Assembly (NCBI GenBank): GCA_046290265.1
Contig: JBKAGF010000017.1
Location: forward strand, 202 to 64,201
Direction of reading: 5' to 3'
Source of the DNA: Roseovarius sp.
GTDB lineage: Bacteria > Pseudomonadota > Alphaproteobacteria > Rhodobacterales > Rhodobacteraceae
DNA: 64,000 nt
The position numbers and the translations under genes are program-made. The notes beneath the pieces are model-generated. The model did not search any database. It worked only from the letters and a program-made list of their open reading frames with translations, and was not told the DNA's origin. This document shows positions 11,232-21,115 of the stretch, in pieces (the stretch's first letter is position 1; each line of letters opens with the position of its first letter).

Positions 11232-12878
11232 ATGCTCCGCGCTCTGGAGATCCGCGACATCCTGATCATCGACCGGCTGAACCTTGCGTTCAAACCGGGT
11301 CTGAACGTGTTGACCGGCGAAACCGGGGCGGGCAAGTCGATCCTGCTCGACTCGCTTGGGTTCGTGCTGGGCTGGCGCGGCCGGGCGGAGCTGGTGCGGC
11401 AGGGGGCCGAGCAGGGCGAGGTGGTGGCCGAGTTCGACCTGCCCGAGGCGCACCCCGCGCGCGCCGTCCTGGAAGAGGCCGGTCTGCCGGTCGAGGACAC
11501 ACTGCTCTTGCGGCGGGTGAATACCGGCGACGGGCGCAAGACGGCCTGGGTGAATGACAGGCGCTGTTCGGGCGACGTGCTGCGGGCGCTGTCCGACACG
11601 CTGGTTGAGCTGCACGGCCAGCATGACGATCGCGGGCTGCTGGACCCCAAGGGGCACCGCGACCTGCTGGACGCATACGGCGGGCTGGAGCAGCAGCGCA
11701 ATACGGTGCGCGGGGCGTGGAAGGCGCGTAGCGCGGCCCGCAAGGCGCTGAACGATGCCGAGGGCAAGCTGTCCGAGATGCGGGCCGAGGAGGATTTCCT
11801 GCGCCACGCGGTCGAGGAACTGGATGCGCTGTCGCCGCAGCCGGGAGAGGAACAGGACCTGGACGCCCGCCGCCGCCTGATGCAGCAATCCGAACGTATC
11901 CGAGAGGACATCGTGCGCGCGCAGGTGGCGCTGCGCGAGGGCGCGGAAGGGCAGGCGCAGGATGCGCTGCGCTGGCTGGAGGGCGCCGCGGACAAGGCCG
12001 AGGGGCAGTTGGAAGAGGCAATGACTGCCCTGGGGCGCGCCATGGTCGAACTGGACGAGGCGGCGAGCGGCGTCGAGGACTGCCTGGAAACGCTGACCTT
12101 CGACCCGCTTGAGCTGGAGGCCGCCGAGGAACGGCTGTTCGCGATCCGGGCGCTGGCGCGCAAGCACGGTGTGGCCCCGGACGACCTGTCGGAATTTGCC
12201 GAGGGCTTGCGCACGCAGCTGGCCAGCCTTGACCAGGGGGATGCCGATCTGAAGGTATTGCAGTCCCGGCTGGAAACGGCGGAAGCCGAGTATGCGGAAG
12301 CGGCCGACGCCCTGAGCGCGGCACGGACCAAGGCCGCGGGCCGGCTTGACAAGGCGGTCACGGCGGAGTTGGCGCCGCTGAAGATGGATCGCGCAGTTTT
12401 CGCCACCAAGGTCGCGCTAGCCGACCCGGGCGAAACCGGACAGGATATCGTCACGTTCACCGTGGCCACGAACCCCGGCGCACCGGCCGGCCCGTTGGGC
12501 AAGATTGCATCGGGCGGGGAACTGAGCCGGTTCCTGCTGGCTCTCAAAGTCTGTCTGACGGGCGGTCAAAGCGGTCTGACACTGATCTTCGACGAGATCG
12601 ACAGAGGGGTCGGGGGGGCCACGGCGGACGCTGTCGGACGACGCCTTGCGGGGCTGGCCGAAGGCAACCAGGTTCTGGTCGTCACCCATTCGCCGCAGGT
12701 GGCGGCGCAGGGGGCACATCACTGGCGGGTCGAGAAGCGGGTCGCCAAGGGACAGACCCTGTCGACCGTGACCCCGTTGGATGCGGAGGCGCGCACAGAC
12801 GAGATTGCGCGGATGCTGTCCGGCGAGACGATAACGCAGGAAGCCCGTGCTGCGGCCGAGGCGCTGATGGCGGGCTGA
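11232..12878 (+). CDS. recN: DNA repair protein RecN
   Basis: LTGETGAGKS, ELHGQHD, IASGGELSR, IFDEID, VTHSPQVAA. Confidence 0.98.
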   Translation: MLRALEIRDILIIDRLNLAFKPGLNVLTGETGAGKSILLDSLGFVLGWRGRAELVRQGAEQGEVVAEFDLPEAHPARAVLEEAGLPVEDTLLLRRVNTGDGRKTAWVNDRRCSGDVLRALSDTLVELHGQHDDRGLLDPKGHRDLLDAYGGLEQQRNTVRGAWKARSAARKALNDAEGKLSEMRAEEDFLRHAVEELDALSPQPGEEQDLDARRRLMQQSERIREDIVRAQVALREGAEGQAQDALRWLEGAADKAEGQLEEAMTALGRAMVELDEAASGVEDCLETLTFDPLELEAAEERLFAIRALARKHGVAPDDLSEFAEGLRTQLASLDQGDADLKVLQSRLETAEAEYAEAADALSAARTKAAGRLDKAVTAELAPLKMDRAVFATKVALADPGETGQDIVTFTVATNPGAPAGPLGKIASGGELSRFLLALKVCLTGGQSGLTLIFDEIDRGVGGATADAVGRRLAGLAEGNQVLVVTHSPQVAAQGAHHWRVEKRVAKGQTLSTVTPLDAEARTDEIARMLSGETITQEARAAAEALMAG

Positions 12879-12966
12879 GACGCCGTTCGATCAGGCTCAA
12901 GTCCGCTGGCGCCTGGCCGGGCCGGCAGAGACAAGGTGATATCGTAAAGAGTGAAAAGGGTCCTGC

Positions 12967-13090
12967 GCGAACATCGACACCGCCCGGCAACTCTGGGGGC
13001 TGGTGCTGGAGTATTTCGAGGCGCGGGGCGTCGGGCATTCGCGCGGGGCTGATACACCTGCAGACGGAGCCGCCGGTCGGACGGCACGGG
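12967..13090 (+). pseudogene. Possible degenerate gene fragment resembling a LuxR-type N-terminus
   Basis: ANIDTARQLWGLVLEYFEARG continues in another frame as IRAGLIHLQTEPPVG; no intact start. Confidence 0.25.
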
Positions 13091-13179
13091 GCGCGCAATG
13101 CCACGAAGGTGCGCGACGCGACGAACGGCCAGGTCGATTCTACCTGAAACCCGGACAGGCGATAAGGAGATACCCCACC

Positions 13180-13416
13180 GTGACCCACGACGCAGACGCA
13201 CCCGCAGCCCCCAGTGACCACCCCGCGATCCCGGACACCGTCCCCGAGACCCGGCCGGTCCCGATGTCGGAACTGTCCGCCCGGATCCGGAAATCGGGCG
13301 AGTTGGTTGAAGCCAGCGCCTATCACGCCGCCGGCCGCGCGCATGCGGAGACGGTCGCGAAGCTGATCATCGTCGCAGCCGAACTTGAGGGCCTTGCCGG
13401 AAAACTGGCGGACTGA
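13180..13416 (+). CDS. Hypothetical protein, 78 aa
   Basis: AAGGAGA RBS, GTG start, host-like codons. Confidence 0.6.
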   Translation: MTHDADAPAAPSDHPAIPDTVPETRPVPMSELSARIRKSGELVEASAYHAAGRAHAETVAKLIIVAAELEGLAGKLAD

Positions 13417-13418
13417 GG

Positions 13419-14795
13419 TCAGTTGCGCGGCGGTACGAGCTTGCCGGGGTTCATGATGTTGCCGGGATCGAGCGCCTGCTTGATCGCGCCCATCACGCTC
13501 CACGCGCCGCCGTGTTCCTGTGCCATGTACCCCAACTTGCCCACGCCGATGCCGTGTTCGCCGGTGACCGTGCCGCCCATCGACAGCGCCACGGACACAA
13601 GCTGTTCCGACGCCTTCAGAACGCGGGCCTTGTCCTCGGGATCGTCGGGATCGAATTGCAGAATGGCGTGAAAGTTGCCGTCGCCCACATGGCCAAGGAT
13701 CGGCCCTTCGATGCCCGCCGCGTCCAGATGGGCCCGGCTTTCCTCGATGGCGCGGGCGAGGTTGGATATCGGGACGCAGATATCGGTGACCACGGCACGC
13801 GTGCCGGGGCGTCGCGCGACGATGGCATGATAGGCCGTGTGGCGCATGGCCCAGAGCGCGTTGCGCTCTTCGGTCTTGCGCGCCCAGTCAAAGCCCTTGC
13901 CACCGAATTCCTGCGCCAGTTCGCCGAATTCCTGCGCCTGTTCCGCCACCGAGGCCTCGGAGCCGTGAAACTCCAGCAGAAGATGCGGGCAGTCCGGCAA
14001 CTCGGTGCCGGAATAGGCATTCACCGCCGCGACGCTCTGGGTGTCCATCAACTCGATCCGCGCCAGCGGCAGCCCCATCTGGACGGAGGCCATGACCGCC
14101 TCGATCGCGTCGCCCACGGTGTCGAAGGCGCAGACCGCCGCCGAGATCGCCTCGGGCGTGCCCTGCAGGCGCAGGGTGATCTCGGTGATCAGGCCCAGTG
14201 TGCCTTCGGAGCCAACGAACATCGCGGTCAGGTCATAGCCGGCGGAAGATTTGCGCGCCCTGGTGCCGGTGCGGATGACCTCGCCGGTGGCGGTGACCAC
14301 CTCGAGCCCCAGGACGTTGTCGCGCATGGTGCCATAGCGGACGGCCGTCGTGCCGCTGGCGCGCGTCGAGGTCATGCCGCCGATCGAGGCGTTCGCGCCG
14401 GGGTCGACCGGAAAGAAAAGACCGGTGGCGCGCAATTCCTCGTTCAGCGCCTCTCTGGTGATCCCCGGCTGCACCCGCACGTCCATGTCCCCCTGGGACA
14501 CAGCCAGTATCCGGTTCATCCGCTGGAAGTCGACGCAGACCCCGCCCTGGAACGCCTGCGCCTGTCCCTCCAGCGAGGTGCCCGCCCCCCAGCCGATCAC
14601 CGCGCAGCCATGACGCGCGCAGACCTTGACGATCTGTCGCACCTCTTCGGTGGACTCGGGATAGGCGACGGCGTCGGGCGGGGCGTCGGAAAAATGGCTT
14701 TCGCTGCTGCCGTGCTGCTGCAGATCGGACTTGGACAGGCTGAGCCGTTCGCCTAGAAAAGACGACAACTCGGAAATGGCATCCTGAACACCCAT
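13419..14795 (-). CDS. FAD-linked oxidase, D-lactate dehydrogenase/GlcD family
   Basis: GAGTSLEG, PVDPGANASIGGM, GHVGDGNFH, GEHGIGVGK, NPGK. Confidence 0.92.
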   Translation of the reverse strand: MGVQDAISELSSFLGERLSLSKSDLQQHGSSESHFSDAPPDAVAYPESTEEVRQIVKVCARHGCAVIGWGAGTSLEGQAQAFQGGVCVDFQRMNRILAVSQGDMDVRVQPGITREALNEELRATGLFFPVDPGANASIGGMTSTRASGTTAVRYGTMRDNVLGLEVVTATGEVIRTGTRARKSSAGYDLTAMFVGSEGTLGLITEITLRLQGTPEAISAAVCAFDTVGDAIEAVMASVQMGLPLARIELMDTQSVAAVNAYSGTELPDCPHLLLEFHGSEASVAEQAQEFGELAQEFGGKGFDWARKTEERNALWAMRHTAYHAIVARRPGTRAVVTDICVPISNLARAIEESRAHLDAAGIEGPILGHVGDGNFHAILQFDPDDPEDKARVLKASEQLVSVALSMGGTVTGEHGIGVGKLGYMAQEHGGAWSVMGAIKQALDPGNIMNPGKLVPPRN

Positions 14796-14885
14796 GTTTA
14801 ATCCCTGTATTCCCATGAATCTGCACCCTAAGGGATGCGTTGCCGACAGGGAAGCGCTCTGCGTCATCAGAACGTCAGCACGCGC

Positions 14886-16595
14886 ATGACCGGCACCGGC
14901 CCCGATACCGCCGGAACGGCTGGGGGCCCGCTACGGCGCGGCGCGAGAGACGTCGGGCAGATGGGTCGCAATGCATGGCGCGTGCTGCGTGACAAGGGGC
15001 CGAGCCAGTTCCAGTTCTGGCTGATCGCGCTTTGCATCGGTATTGCCGCCGGATTTGCCGCGCTGTTCTTTCGCAAAGGAATCAACGCGCTGCAATTGCT
15101 GGTTTACGGGTCGGTCGACCCGTCCCTGATGCACAGCTGGGTTTCGAACCTTCCATGGTACTGGGTTCTGGTGATTCCCGTCGGCGGCGGGCTTGTGGTG
15201 GGCGCGATCCTTCACCGGTTCACGCCCGATGGACGGGTACGGTCCGTGGCCGACGTGATCGAGGGGGCCGCCCTGCATGAGGGCCGAGTCGAGATGCGCG
15301 CCGGTCTTGCTTCGGCGCTGGCGTCGATGATCACGCTGGGCACGGGCGGGTCGTCGGGTCGGGAAGGTCCGGTGGTGCACATGGCAGGCGTGATCTCGAC
15401 CTGGGTCAGCAACCGGATCAACGCCAACGGGATCACCGGCCGAGACCTTCTGGGCTGTGCCGTCGCCGCGGCGGTGTCGGCGTCGTTCAATGCCCCCATC
15501 GCCGGCGCGCTTTTCGCGCTGGAGGTGGTGTTGCGGCATTTCGCGCTGCATGCCTTCGCGCCCATCGTCATCGCGTCGGTCGCCGGAACGGTGATCAACC
15601 GGCTGGAATTCGGCGACGTGACCGAGTTCGCGCTGCCCACCGCCAGCATGCTGGAATTCTACGTCGAACTGCCGGCCTTCCTGATCCTGGGGCTGCTGTG
15701 CGGGGTGGTGGCCTTTGCGCTGATGAGGGGGATCTTCTTTGCCGAGGGCTTTGCCGATCGGGTGCAGGCGCGCACGGGTCTGCCGCGATGGCTGCGGCCG
15801 GGGGTGGCGGGGCTGATGCTGGGCATCCTGGCAATCGGGTTTCCGCATATCATCGGCGTGGGCTACGAGACCACGTCGAAGGCGCTGACCGGCAAGCTTC
15901 TGTGGAACGAGGCGGTGGTGTTCTGCATCCTCAAGGTCGTCGCCGTGGCGATCACCATCGGCGGGCGGATGGGCGGCGGGGTGTTTTCGCCCTCGCTGAT
16001 GGTCGGTGCGCTGACCGGGCTGGCCTTTGGCCTGGTGGCCACGGCGCTGTTGCCGCAATGGTCGGGCGCGCCGACGCTTTATGCAATGGCTGGGATGGGC
16101 GCAGTGGCCGCCGCGGTGCTGGGCGCGCCGATATCCACCACGCTGATCGTGTTCGAGCTGACGGGCGACTGGCAGACCGGGCTGGCGGTGATGGTGGCGG
16201 TGTCGATGTCCACGGCGCTGGCGTCCAAGCTGGTGCGGCACTCGTTCTTCCTGACGCAGCTGGATCGGCGGGGTGTCAGGCTGGCGGCCGGGCCACATGC
16301 GTATCTGCTGACCATGTACCGGGCGGGGCGGGTGATGCGCGAGACCGGCGCCGAGCGGAGCGCGCGCGAGGACGCGTGCTGGGAGCTGATCGAGGACGGG
16401 GTCTATATCGACGCCAATGCGACGCTGGACGTGGCGATGCCGATCTTCGAGCGCACGGGCGTGGGGTTCATCCCTGTCGTGACCCTGAGCGGGGAGGATG
16501 CCAAGCCGGAACTGCAGGGCGCGCTGTTTCACGTCGATGCGCTGAAGGCCTATAACCGCGCGCTGACGGCGGTTTCGGCGGAAGAGCATAGCTAA
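14886..16595 (+). CDS. ClC-family chloride channel/antiporter with C-terminal CBS-like region
   Basis: GREGP, FNAPIAGALFALE, GGVFSP, APISTTLIVFELTG. Confidence 0.93.
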   Translation: MTGTGPDTAGTAGGPLRRGARDVGQMGRNAWRVLRDKGPSQFQFWLIALCIGIAAGFAALFFRKGINALQLLVYGSVDPSLMHSWVSNLPWYWVLVIPVGGGLVVGAILHRFTPDGRVRSVADVIEGAALHEGRVEMRAGLASALASMITLGTGGSSGREGPVVHMAGVISTWVSNRINANGITGRDLLGCAVAAAVSASFNAPIAGALFALEVVLRHFALHAFAPIVIASVAGTVINRLEFGDVTEFALPTASMLEFYVELPAFLILGLLCGVVAFALMRGIFFAEGFADRVQARTGLPRWLRPGVAGLMLGILAIGFPHIIGVGYETTSKALTGKLLWNEAVVFCILKVVAVAITIGGRMGGGVFSPSLMVGALTGLAFGLVATALLPQWSGAPTLYAMAGMGAVAAAVLGAPISTTLIVFELTGDWQTGLAVMVAVSMSTALASKLVRHSFFLTQLDRRGVRLAAGPHAYLLTMYRAGRVMRETGAERSAREDACWELIEDGVYIDANATLDVAMPIFERTGVGFIPVVTLSGEDAKPELQGALFHVDALKAYNRALTAVSAEEHS

Positions 16596-16600
16596 AGTCG

Positions 16601-16623
16601 GGGCCGGAATTTTTCGAAAATTC
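16601..16623. repeat. GAATTTT-N3-AAAATTC palindrome between convergent genes
   Basis: gggccggaatttttcgaaaattc, 21/23 identical to 2418-2440. Confidence 0.75.
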
Positions 16624-16632
16624 TTGGGGCGC

Positions 16633-17853
16633 CTAGCGGACCAGCTGCGCCTTCATGCCCGGCTCGGGGAAGCAGGTGGCGGGCTGGCCCGTCGCCTCCT
16701 GCCAGCGGCCGATGGAGCGGCGGGTCTTGAAGCCGGGCAGGCCATCGGCGCCGCCGACGTCGTGGCCCATACCTTCCAAACTGCGTTGCATGGCGGCGAT
16801 GTCGGAGCGGTACATCTTGCCCACCGCGCCCCAGGGGGCGGAGAAATCGCCGGCCCCGTACTGGATGCGATCACCCACATGGCCCACGTAGAGCGCGTAG
16901 AGGTCGGACATGTTGTAGTCCTTGAGCACGTAGAAATTGGGCGTGACCACGAAGGCCGGGCCGTTGCGCCCGGCAGGCATCATCAGGAAACCCTCACCGC
17001 TGCGTTCGTGGTCGGGGAAGGGGCGGTTTGAGACACGCGTGATGCCCATCGCCTCCCATTCGGAAATGGTACGGCCCTGGTCGGGGCCTTCGAGCGCGCA
17101 GGAGACGGACGCTGGTACGGTGACCTCGAACCCCCAGTCGCGGCCCGCGACCCAGCCGTGGCGGGCGAGGTAGCTGGCGATGGAGGCCAGCGTGTCGGGC
17201 ACCGAGCCCCAGATATCGGCCCGCCCGTCGCCATCGCCGTCGGCGGCGTATTTCAGGAAATTGGACGGCATGAATTGCGGTTGGCCGAGCGCCCCGGCCC
17301 AGGAGCTGCGCAGGGGGCCGCTGGCGTGGCCGGCCTCGGCGATTTGCAGCGCGGCGATGAGTTCTTCGCGGAAATAGGCGGCGCGGGTGGCCATGAAGCC
17401 CTTGGTGCCCAGAACCTCGAACACGTTGTGCGGGATTTTCGCCCGGCCATAGGCGCTTTCGCGGCCCCAAATCCCGAGGAGGATACGGCTCGGAACGCCG
17501 GTCTGTTTCTCGATCCGGGCGAGGGTGGTGGCGTGGCGGCGGGCAAGATCGCGGCCGATGGCTGCGTCGCCGGAGACGCCGCGGAAATAGCGGCCCGGGG
17601 CGCCGAACTCGGACTGGGTCTGGCGCTTGGGCGTGGTCGCCTCGGACCCCGGCGGCACAAGATCGGGCAGGTCCCAGTTGAGGCGGATGCCGCTGAAGGA
17701 TCTGTCGAAGGTGGCGCGGGAGACGCCCTTGGCGCTTGCGGCGGGCCAGATGTCCTGTTCGAGCCAGCTGCGGAACTGCTGTTCGATGGCGGCGCGATCT
17801 TGCGCGAGGGCAGGCAGGGCGAGGATCAAGAGCAGGAGGGCGAGGCGGATCAT
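16633..17853 (-). CDS. Lytic murein transglycosylase (SltB/MltB-like) with C-terminal peptidoglycan-binding domain
   Basis: Signal peptide, IWGRESAYG, SSWAGALGQPQFMPS, DGDGDG, YNMSDLYA. Confidence 0.93.
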   Translation of the reverse strand: MIRLALLLLILALPALAQDRAAIEQQFRSWLEQDIWPAASAKGVSRATFDRSFSGIRLNWDLPDLVPPGSEATTPKRQTQSEFGAPGRYFRGVSGDAAIGRDLARRHATTLARIEKQTGVPSRILLGIWGRESAYGRAKIPHNVFEVLGTKGFMATRAAYFREELIAALQIAEAGHASGPLRSSWAGALGQPQFMPSNFLKYAADGDGDGRADIWGSVPDTLASIASYLARHGWVAGRDWGFEVTVPASVSCALEGPDQGRTISEWEAMGITRVSNRPFPDHERSGEGFLMMPAGRNGPAFVVTPNFYVLKDYNMSDLYALYVGHVGDRIQYGAGDFSAPWGAVGKMYRSDIAAMQRSLEGMGHDVGGADGLPGFKTRRSIGRWQEATGQPATCFPEPGMKAQLVR

Positions 17854-17901
17854 GGGAATGACGGTTTCATATCGTCCGTCCAGGCGCAAGATGCGGGGGC
17901 A

Positions 17902-17924
17902 GGCGGGATGAAATCCCGCCCTAC
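17902..17924 (-). repeat. GTAG-tagged REP-like palindrome
   Basis: Minus strand reads GTAG-GGCGGGATTTCATCCCGCC. Confidence 0.75.
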
Positions 17925-17934
17925 GCTGACGCGA

Positions 17935-18000
17935 GTCATCCCGGACTTGATCCGGGATCTCGTTGTGGGAGAGATCCTCGGATCAAGTCCGAGGATGACG
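17935..18000. repeat. Inverted pair of CGTC-type REP-like palindromes (REPIN-like)
   Basis: gtcatcccggacttgatccgggatctc and gagatcctcggatcaagtccgaggatgacg separated by 9 nt. Confidence 0.85.
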
Positions 18001-18008
18001 CATGCGCG

Positions 18009-18995
18009 TTAACCCAAACTCACGCTCGCTGCGCTTTCGGGGAGTTCCTCGTCGAAGCAGCGCTGGTAGAATTCGGCCACGGTCTGGCGCTCCAGCTCGT
18101 CGCACTTGTTGAGGAACGTGAGGCGGAAGGCATAGCCGACGTCGCGGAAGATGCGGCTGTTCTGGGCCCAGTTGATCACCGTCCGGGGGCTCATGACCGT
18201 GGAGAGGTCGCCATTCATGAAGGCGGTGCGGGTGAGGTCGGCGACGGTGACCATCTGGCTGATCGTCTTGCGCCCGGCCTCGGTGTTCATCTGGGGGGTC
18301 TTGGCGATGACGATGGCGGTCTCGGCGTCGTGGCTGAGATAGTTCAGCGTGGCGACGAGCGACCAGCGGTCCATCTGCGCCTGGTTGATCTGCTGCACGC
18401 CATGATACAGCCCCGTGGTATCGCCCAGCCCCACGGTGTTGGCCGTGGCGAAGAGGCGGAAGCAGGGGTGGGGCGTGATGATCTCGTTCTGGTCCAGCAG
18501 TGTCAGCTTGCCGTCATGTTCCAGCACGCGCTGAATGACGAACATCACGTCGGCGCGGCCGGCGTCGTATTCGTCGAACACGATGGCAACGGGGTTGCGC
18601 AGCGCCCAGGGCAGGATGCCTTCGTGGAATTCGGTCACCTGCACGCCGTCGCGCAGCTTGATCGCGTCCTTGCCGATCAGGTCGATCCGGCTGATGTGGC
18701 TGTCGAGGTTGACGCGCACGGCGGGCCAGTTGAGGCGGGCGGCGACCTGTTCGATATGGGTCGACTTGCCGGTGCCGTGATAGCCCTGGATCATGACGCG
18801 GCGGTTATGGGAAAACCCGGCCAGGATCGCCAGCGTCGTGTCGGGGTCGAATTTATAGGTGCTGTCGATCTCGGGCACGCGTTCGCTGCCGTCGGAAAAG
18901 CCCTTGATGACCATGTCGGTGTCGATCCCGAAAACATCGCGGACCGAAAGTTCCTCGGTCGGTTTCATGTCGTGATCCATGTTCCCGTCGGCCAT
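18009..18995 (-). CDS. cobS: Aerobic cobaltochelatase AAA+ subunit CobS
   Basis: [42 protein letters not shown]. Confidence 0.96.
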   Translation of the reverse strand: MADGNMDHDMKPTEELSVRDVFGIDTDMVIKGFSDGSERVPEIDSTYKFDPDTTLAILAGFSHNRRVMIQGYHGTGKSTHIEQVAARLNWPAVRVNLDSHISRIDLIGKDAIKLRDGVQVTEFHEGILPWALRNPVAIVFDEYDAGRADVMFVIQRVLEHDGKLTLLDQNEIITPHPCFRLFATANTVGLGDTTGLYHGVQQINQAQMDRWSLVATLNYLSHDAETAIVIAKTPQMNTEAGRKTISQMVTVADLTRTAFMNGDLSTVMSPRTVINWAQNSRIFRDVGYAFRLTFLNKCDELERQTVAEFYQRCFDEELPESAASVSLG

Positions 18996-19135
18996 CCGGT
19001 GTGCCTCTCAATCGTCTTTTTGCGTTCGCCTCTCCGTGCAACATATCTTCGGGAAGGGCAAGGGAAAGGAAAAGAAATACTGGCCCCGGGCACCCGGCTG
19101 CCCTAGCTACTGCACTCGAAAGGATTTCGCACCAC

Positions 19136-19681
19136 ATGCACGACCGCGACGCAATTGAACATATGATTGGCCGATGCGCCCTGAAGGACAGGGACGCGTT
19201 TTCCGATCTTTATTCCGCGACTTCCGCGAAACTCTTCGGCGTGATCCTGCGTGTCTTGAACAACCGGGCCGAAGCGGAAGAAGTGTTGCAGGAGGTCTAC
19301 GTCAAGATATGGCGTAATGCCGGCCGCTACCGGTCTGGCGGATTCCCCGATGACATGGCTGATCACGGCGCGCGGGAACGCGGAATCGACATGCTGCGCA
19401 AGCGCAAGGGGACGGGCGAGCAGATGCCGGAGGGTCTGGCCGACGCGATGCCCGATTCCGCACCGGGGCCGGAGGCGCAAGCCGTGCGGGCGTCGGAGCG
19501 GGAAAAACTGGACGGGTGCATGAACGAGCTGGAGGCCGACCGCGCCGAAGCCGTGCAGGGAGCCTATCTGGACGGCGAAACCTATGCCGATCTCGCGGCG
19601 CGGTTTGACGTGCCGTTGAACACGATGAGAACATGGCTGCGCCGCAGCCTGTTGAAACTGAGGGAGTGCCTGTCGCGATGA
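19136..19681 (+). CDS. ECF sigma factor, SigK-like; local compensated frameshift at ~19341-19380
   Basis: AEEVLQEVYVKIW, sigma-4 PLNTMRTWLRR; region 2.3 SPMTWLITAR is read only in the shifted frame. Confidence 0.88.
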   Translation: MHDRDAIEHMIGRCALKDRDAFSDLYSATSAKLFGVILRVLNNRAEAEEVLQEVYVKIWRNAGRYRSGGFPDDMADHGARERGIDMLRKRKGTGEQMPEGLADAMPDSAPGPEAQAVRASEREKLDGCMNELEADRAEAVQGAYLDGETYADLAARFDVPLNTMRTWLRRSLLKLRECLSR

Positions 19682-20382
19682 GCGAGGTGCCGGAAAAAGA
19701 CGACGACGTGGTCCTGGCGGGTGAATACGCGCTGGGTCTGCTGTCGGCTGCGGAGGCGTCGGCCTTCGAGACGCGTCTTGGCACCGACCCCGCCCTGCGT
19801 GCCACTTATGCGCAATGGGCCGAGGATTTCGCCCAGCTGGCAGAGGGCATCCCCGAAGAAACGCCGCCTGCGCGGGTCAAGGCGGCCCTGGATGCGCTGC
19901 TCTTCGCCGATCGCGCGGAGACGAGGCCGGGATGGGCGGAACGCATGGGCCTCAAAGGGCTTTACGGTGCCTTCGCCATCGTCGCGGTGGCGATGGTCTG
20001 GTTCCTGGTCGATCTGCCGCCCCGTGGGGTAAGCCCGCCTGAAGATCCGGTCTATCATGCCGACCTGCGGGCCGAGGGCGCGGACGAGATCATTCTGGCG
20101 GCGGGATATGACGACACCACCAACGAGATGTATGTCGAACGGCGCGGGATGCGCGACCGGCCCGGCCGCGACATCGAGATGTGGCTGATCGCCGGGGACA
20201 ACCCGCCGGTGTCGCTGGGCGTGCTGCCCGACGACGAGCGCATCCGCCTGCCGATGACGCCCGAGCAGATCGCGGTCCTGGATGGCGCCGTGCTGGCCAT
20301 CTCCGACGAACCCGAGGGCGGATCGCCCACCGGCGCGCCGACGGGTGAGATCCTTGCGACCGGCCCGCTGGACGAGGTCTGA
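19678..20382 (+). CDS. Anti-sigma factor, RskA-like
   Basis: LAGEYALGLL ASD motif, TM segment, EMWLIAGDNPPVSLG, AISDEPEGGSPTGAPTG. Confidence 0.9.
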   Translation: MSEVPEKDDDVVLAGEYALGLLSAAEASAFETRLGTDPALRATYAQWAEDFAQLAEGIPEETPPARVKAALDALLFADRAETRPGWAERMGLKGLYGAFAIVAVAMVWFLVDLPPRGVSPPEDPVYHADLRAEGADEIILAAGYDDTTNEMYVERRGMRDRPGRDIEMWLIAGDNPPVSLGVLPDDERIRLPMTPEQIAVLDGAVLAISDEPEGGSPTGAPTGEILATGPLDEV

Positions 20383-20403
20383 CGGGAAATTCCCTGCGAC
20401 AGC

Positions 20404-20430
20404 TGAAACTTTCGGCGCATCTCTCCCGTG
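20404..20430 (+). promoter_or_regulatory. Candidate ECF promoter for the fasciclin gene
   Basis: TGAAAC-N17-CGTG, the generic ECF AAC-N17-CGT architecture. Confidence 0.55.
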
Positions 20431-20488
20431 CTTGTGGGTGAGTTGGGCAGAAGGCCCGGCTTTCGAAGTTGAACAAGGGAGTTGTTAG

Positions 20489-21043
20489 ATGTTGAAGATG
20501 AAAGCCATTACCGCCGCCGCGGCTGTTGCCGCAACCGCAAGCGTTGCATATGCCGAAAACCCGATGGTTGGCGGCGCGCCGATGTATGCAGACAAGACCA
20601 TTGTCGAGAACGCCGTGAACTCGGCCGATCACACGACGCTGGTGACCGCGGTCAAGGCCGCCGGCCTTGTCGAGACCCTGTCGGGCGAAGGTCCGTTCAC
20701 CGTTTTCGCGCCCACCAATGCCGCCTTCGGGGCATTGCGTGAAGGCGCGGTCGAGGCACTGCTGCAGCCGGCGGCCAAGAAACAGCTGACCGAGATCCTG
20801 ACCTGTCACGTCGTGTCCGCCGACGCGATGTCGACCGCGATCAAGGGCATGGTCGATGACGATGGCGGCAGCCACGTGGTGCCGACCGTGGGTGGCTGCG
20901 AGCTGAAGGCCACCTACCAGGGCGACAAGATCATGCTGGAAGACGAGCGCGGACGCATGGCGACCGTGACCATCGCGGATGTCGAGCAATCCAACGGTGT
21001 GATCCACGTGATCGACACCGTGATGCTGCCTGCCGAGAAGTAA
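20489..21043 (+). CDS. Secreted fasciclin (FAS1) domain protein, MPT70/Nex18-like
   Basis: Signal peptide, GPFTVFAPTNAAF, NGVIHVIDTVMLP. Confidence 0.95.
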   Translation: MLKMKAITAAAAVAATASVAYAENPMVGGAPMYADKTIVENAVNSADHTTLVTAVKAAGLVETLSGEGPFTVFAPTNAAFGALREGAVEALLQPAAKKQLTEILTCHVVSADAMSTAIKGMVDDDGGSHVVPTVGGCELKATYQGDKIMLEDERGRMATVTIADVEQSNGVIHVIDTVMLPAEK

Positions 21044-21059
21044 CATTCCCGACAACAGC

Positions 21060-21086
21060 GGAACGGGGGGTGTCCGCCCCCCGTTT
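21060..21086 (+). terminator. Hairpin after the fasciclin gene; also fits GGAAC-N17-CGTT
   Basis: aacgggggg-tgtccg-ccccccgtt. Confidence 0.5.
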
Positions 21087-21115
21087 CACCTTTGAAACCG
21101 ATGCAGGAGGGATCG

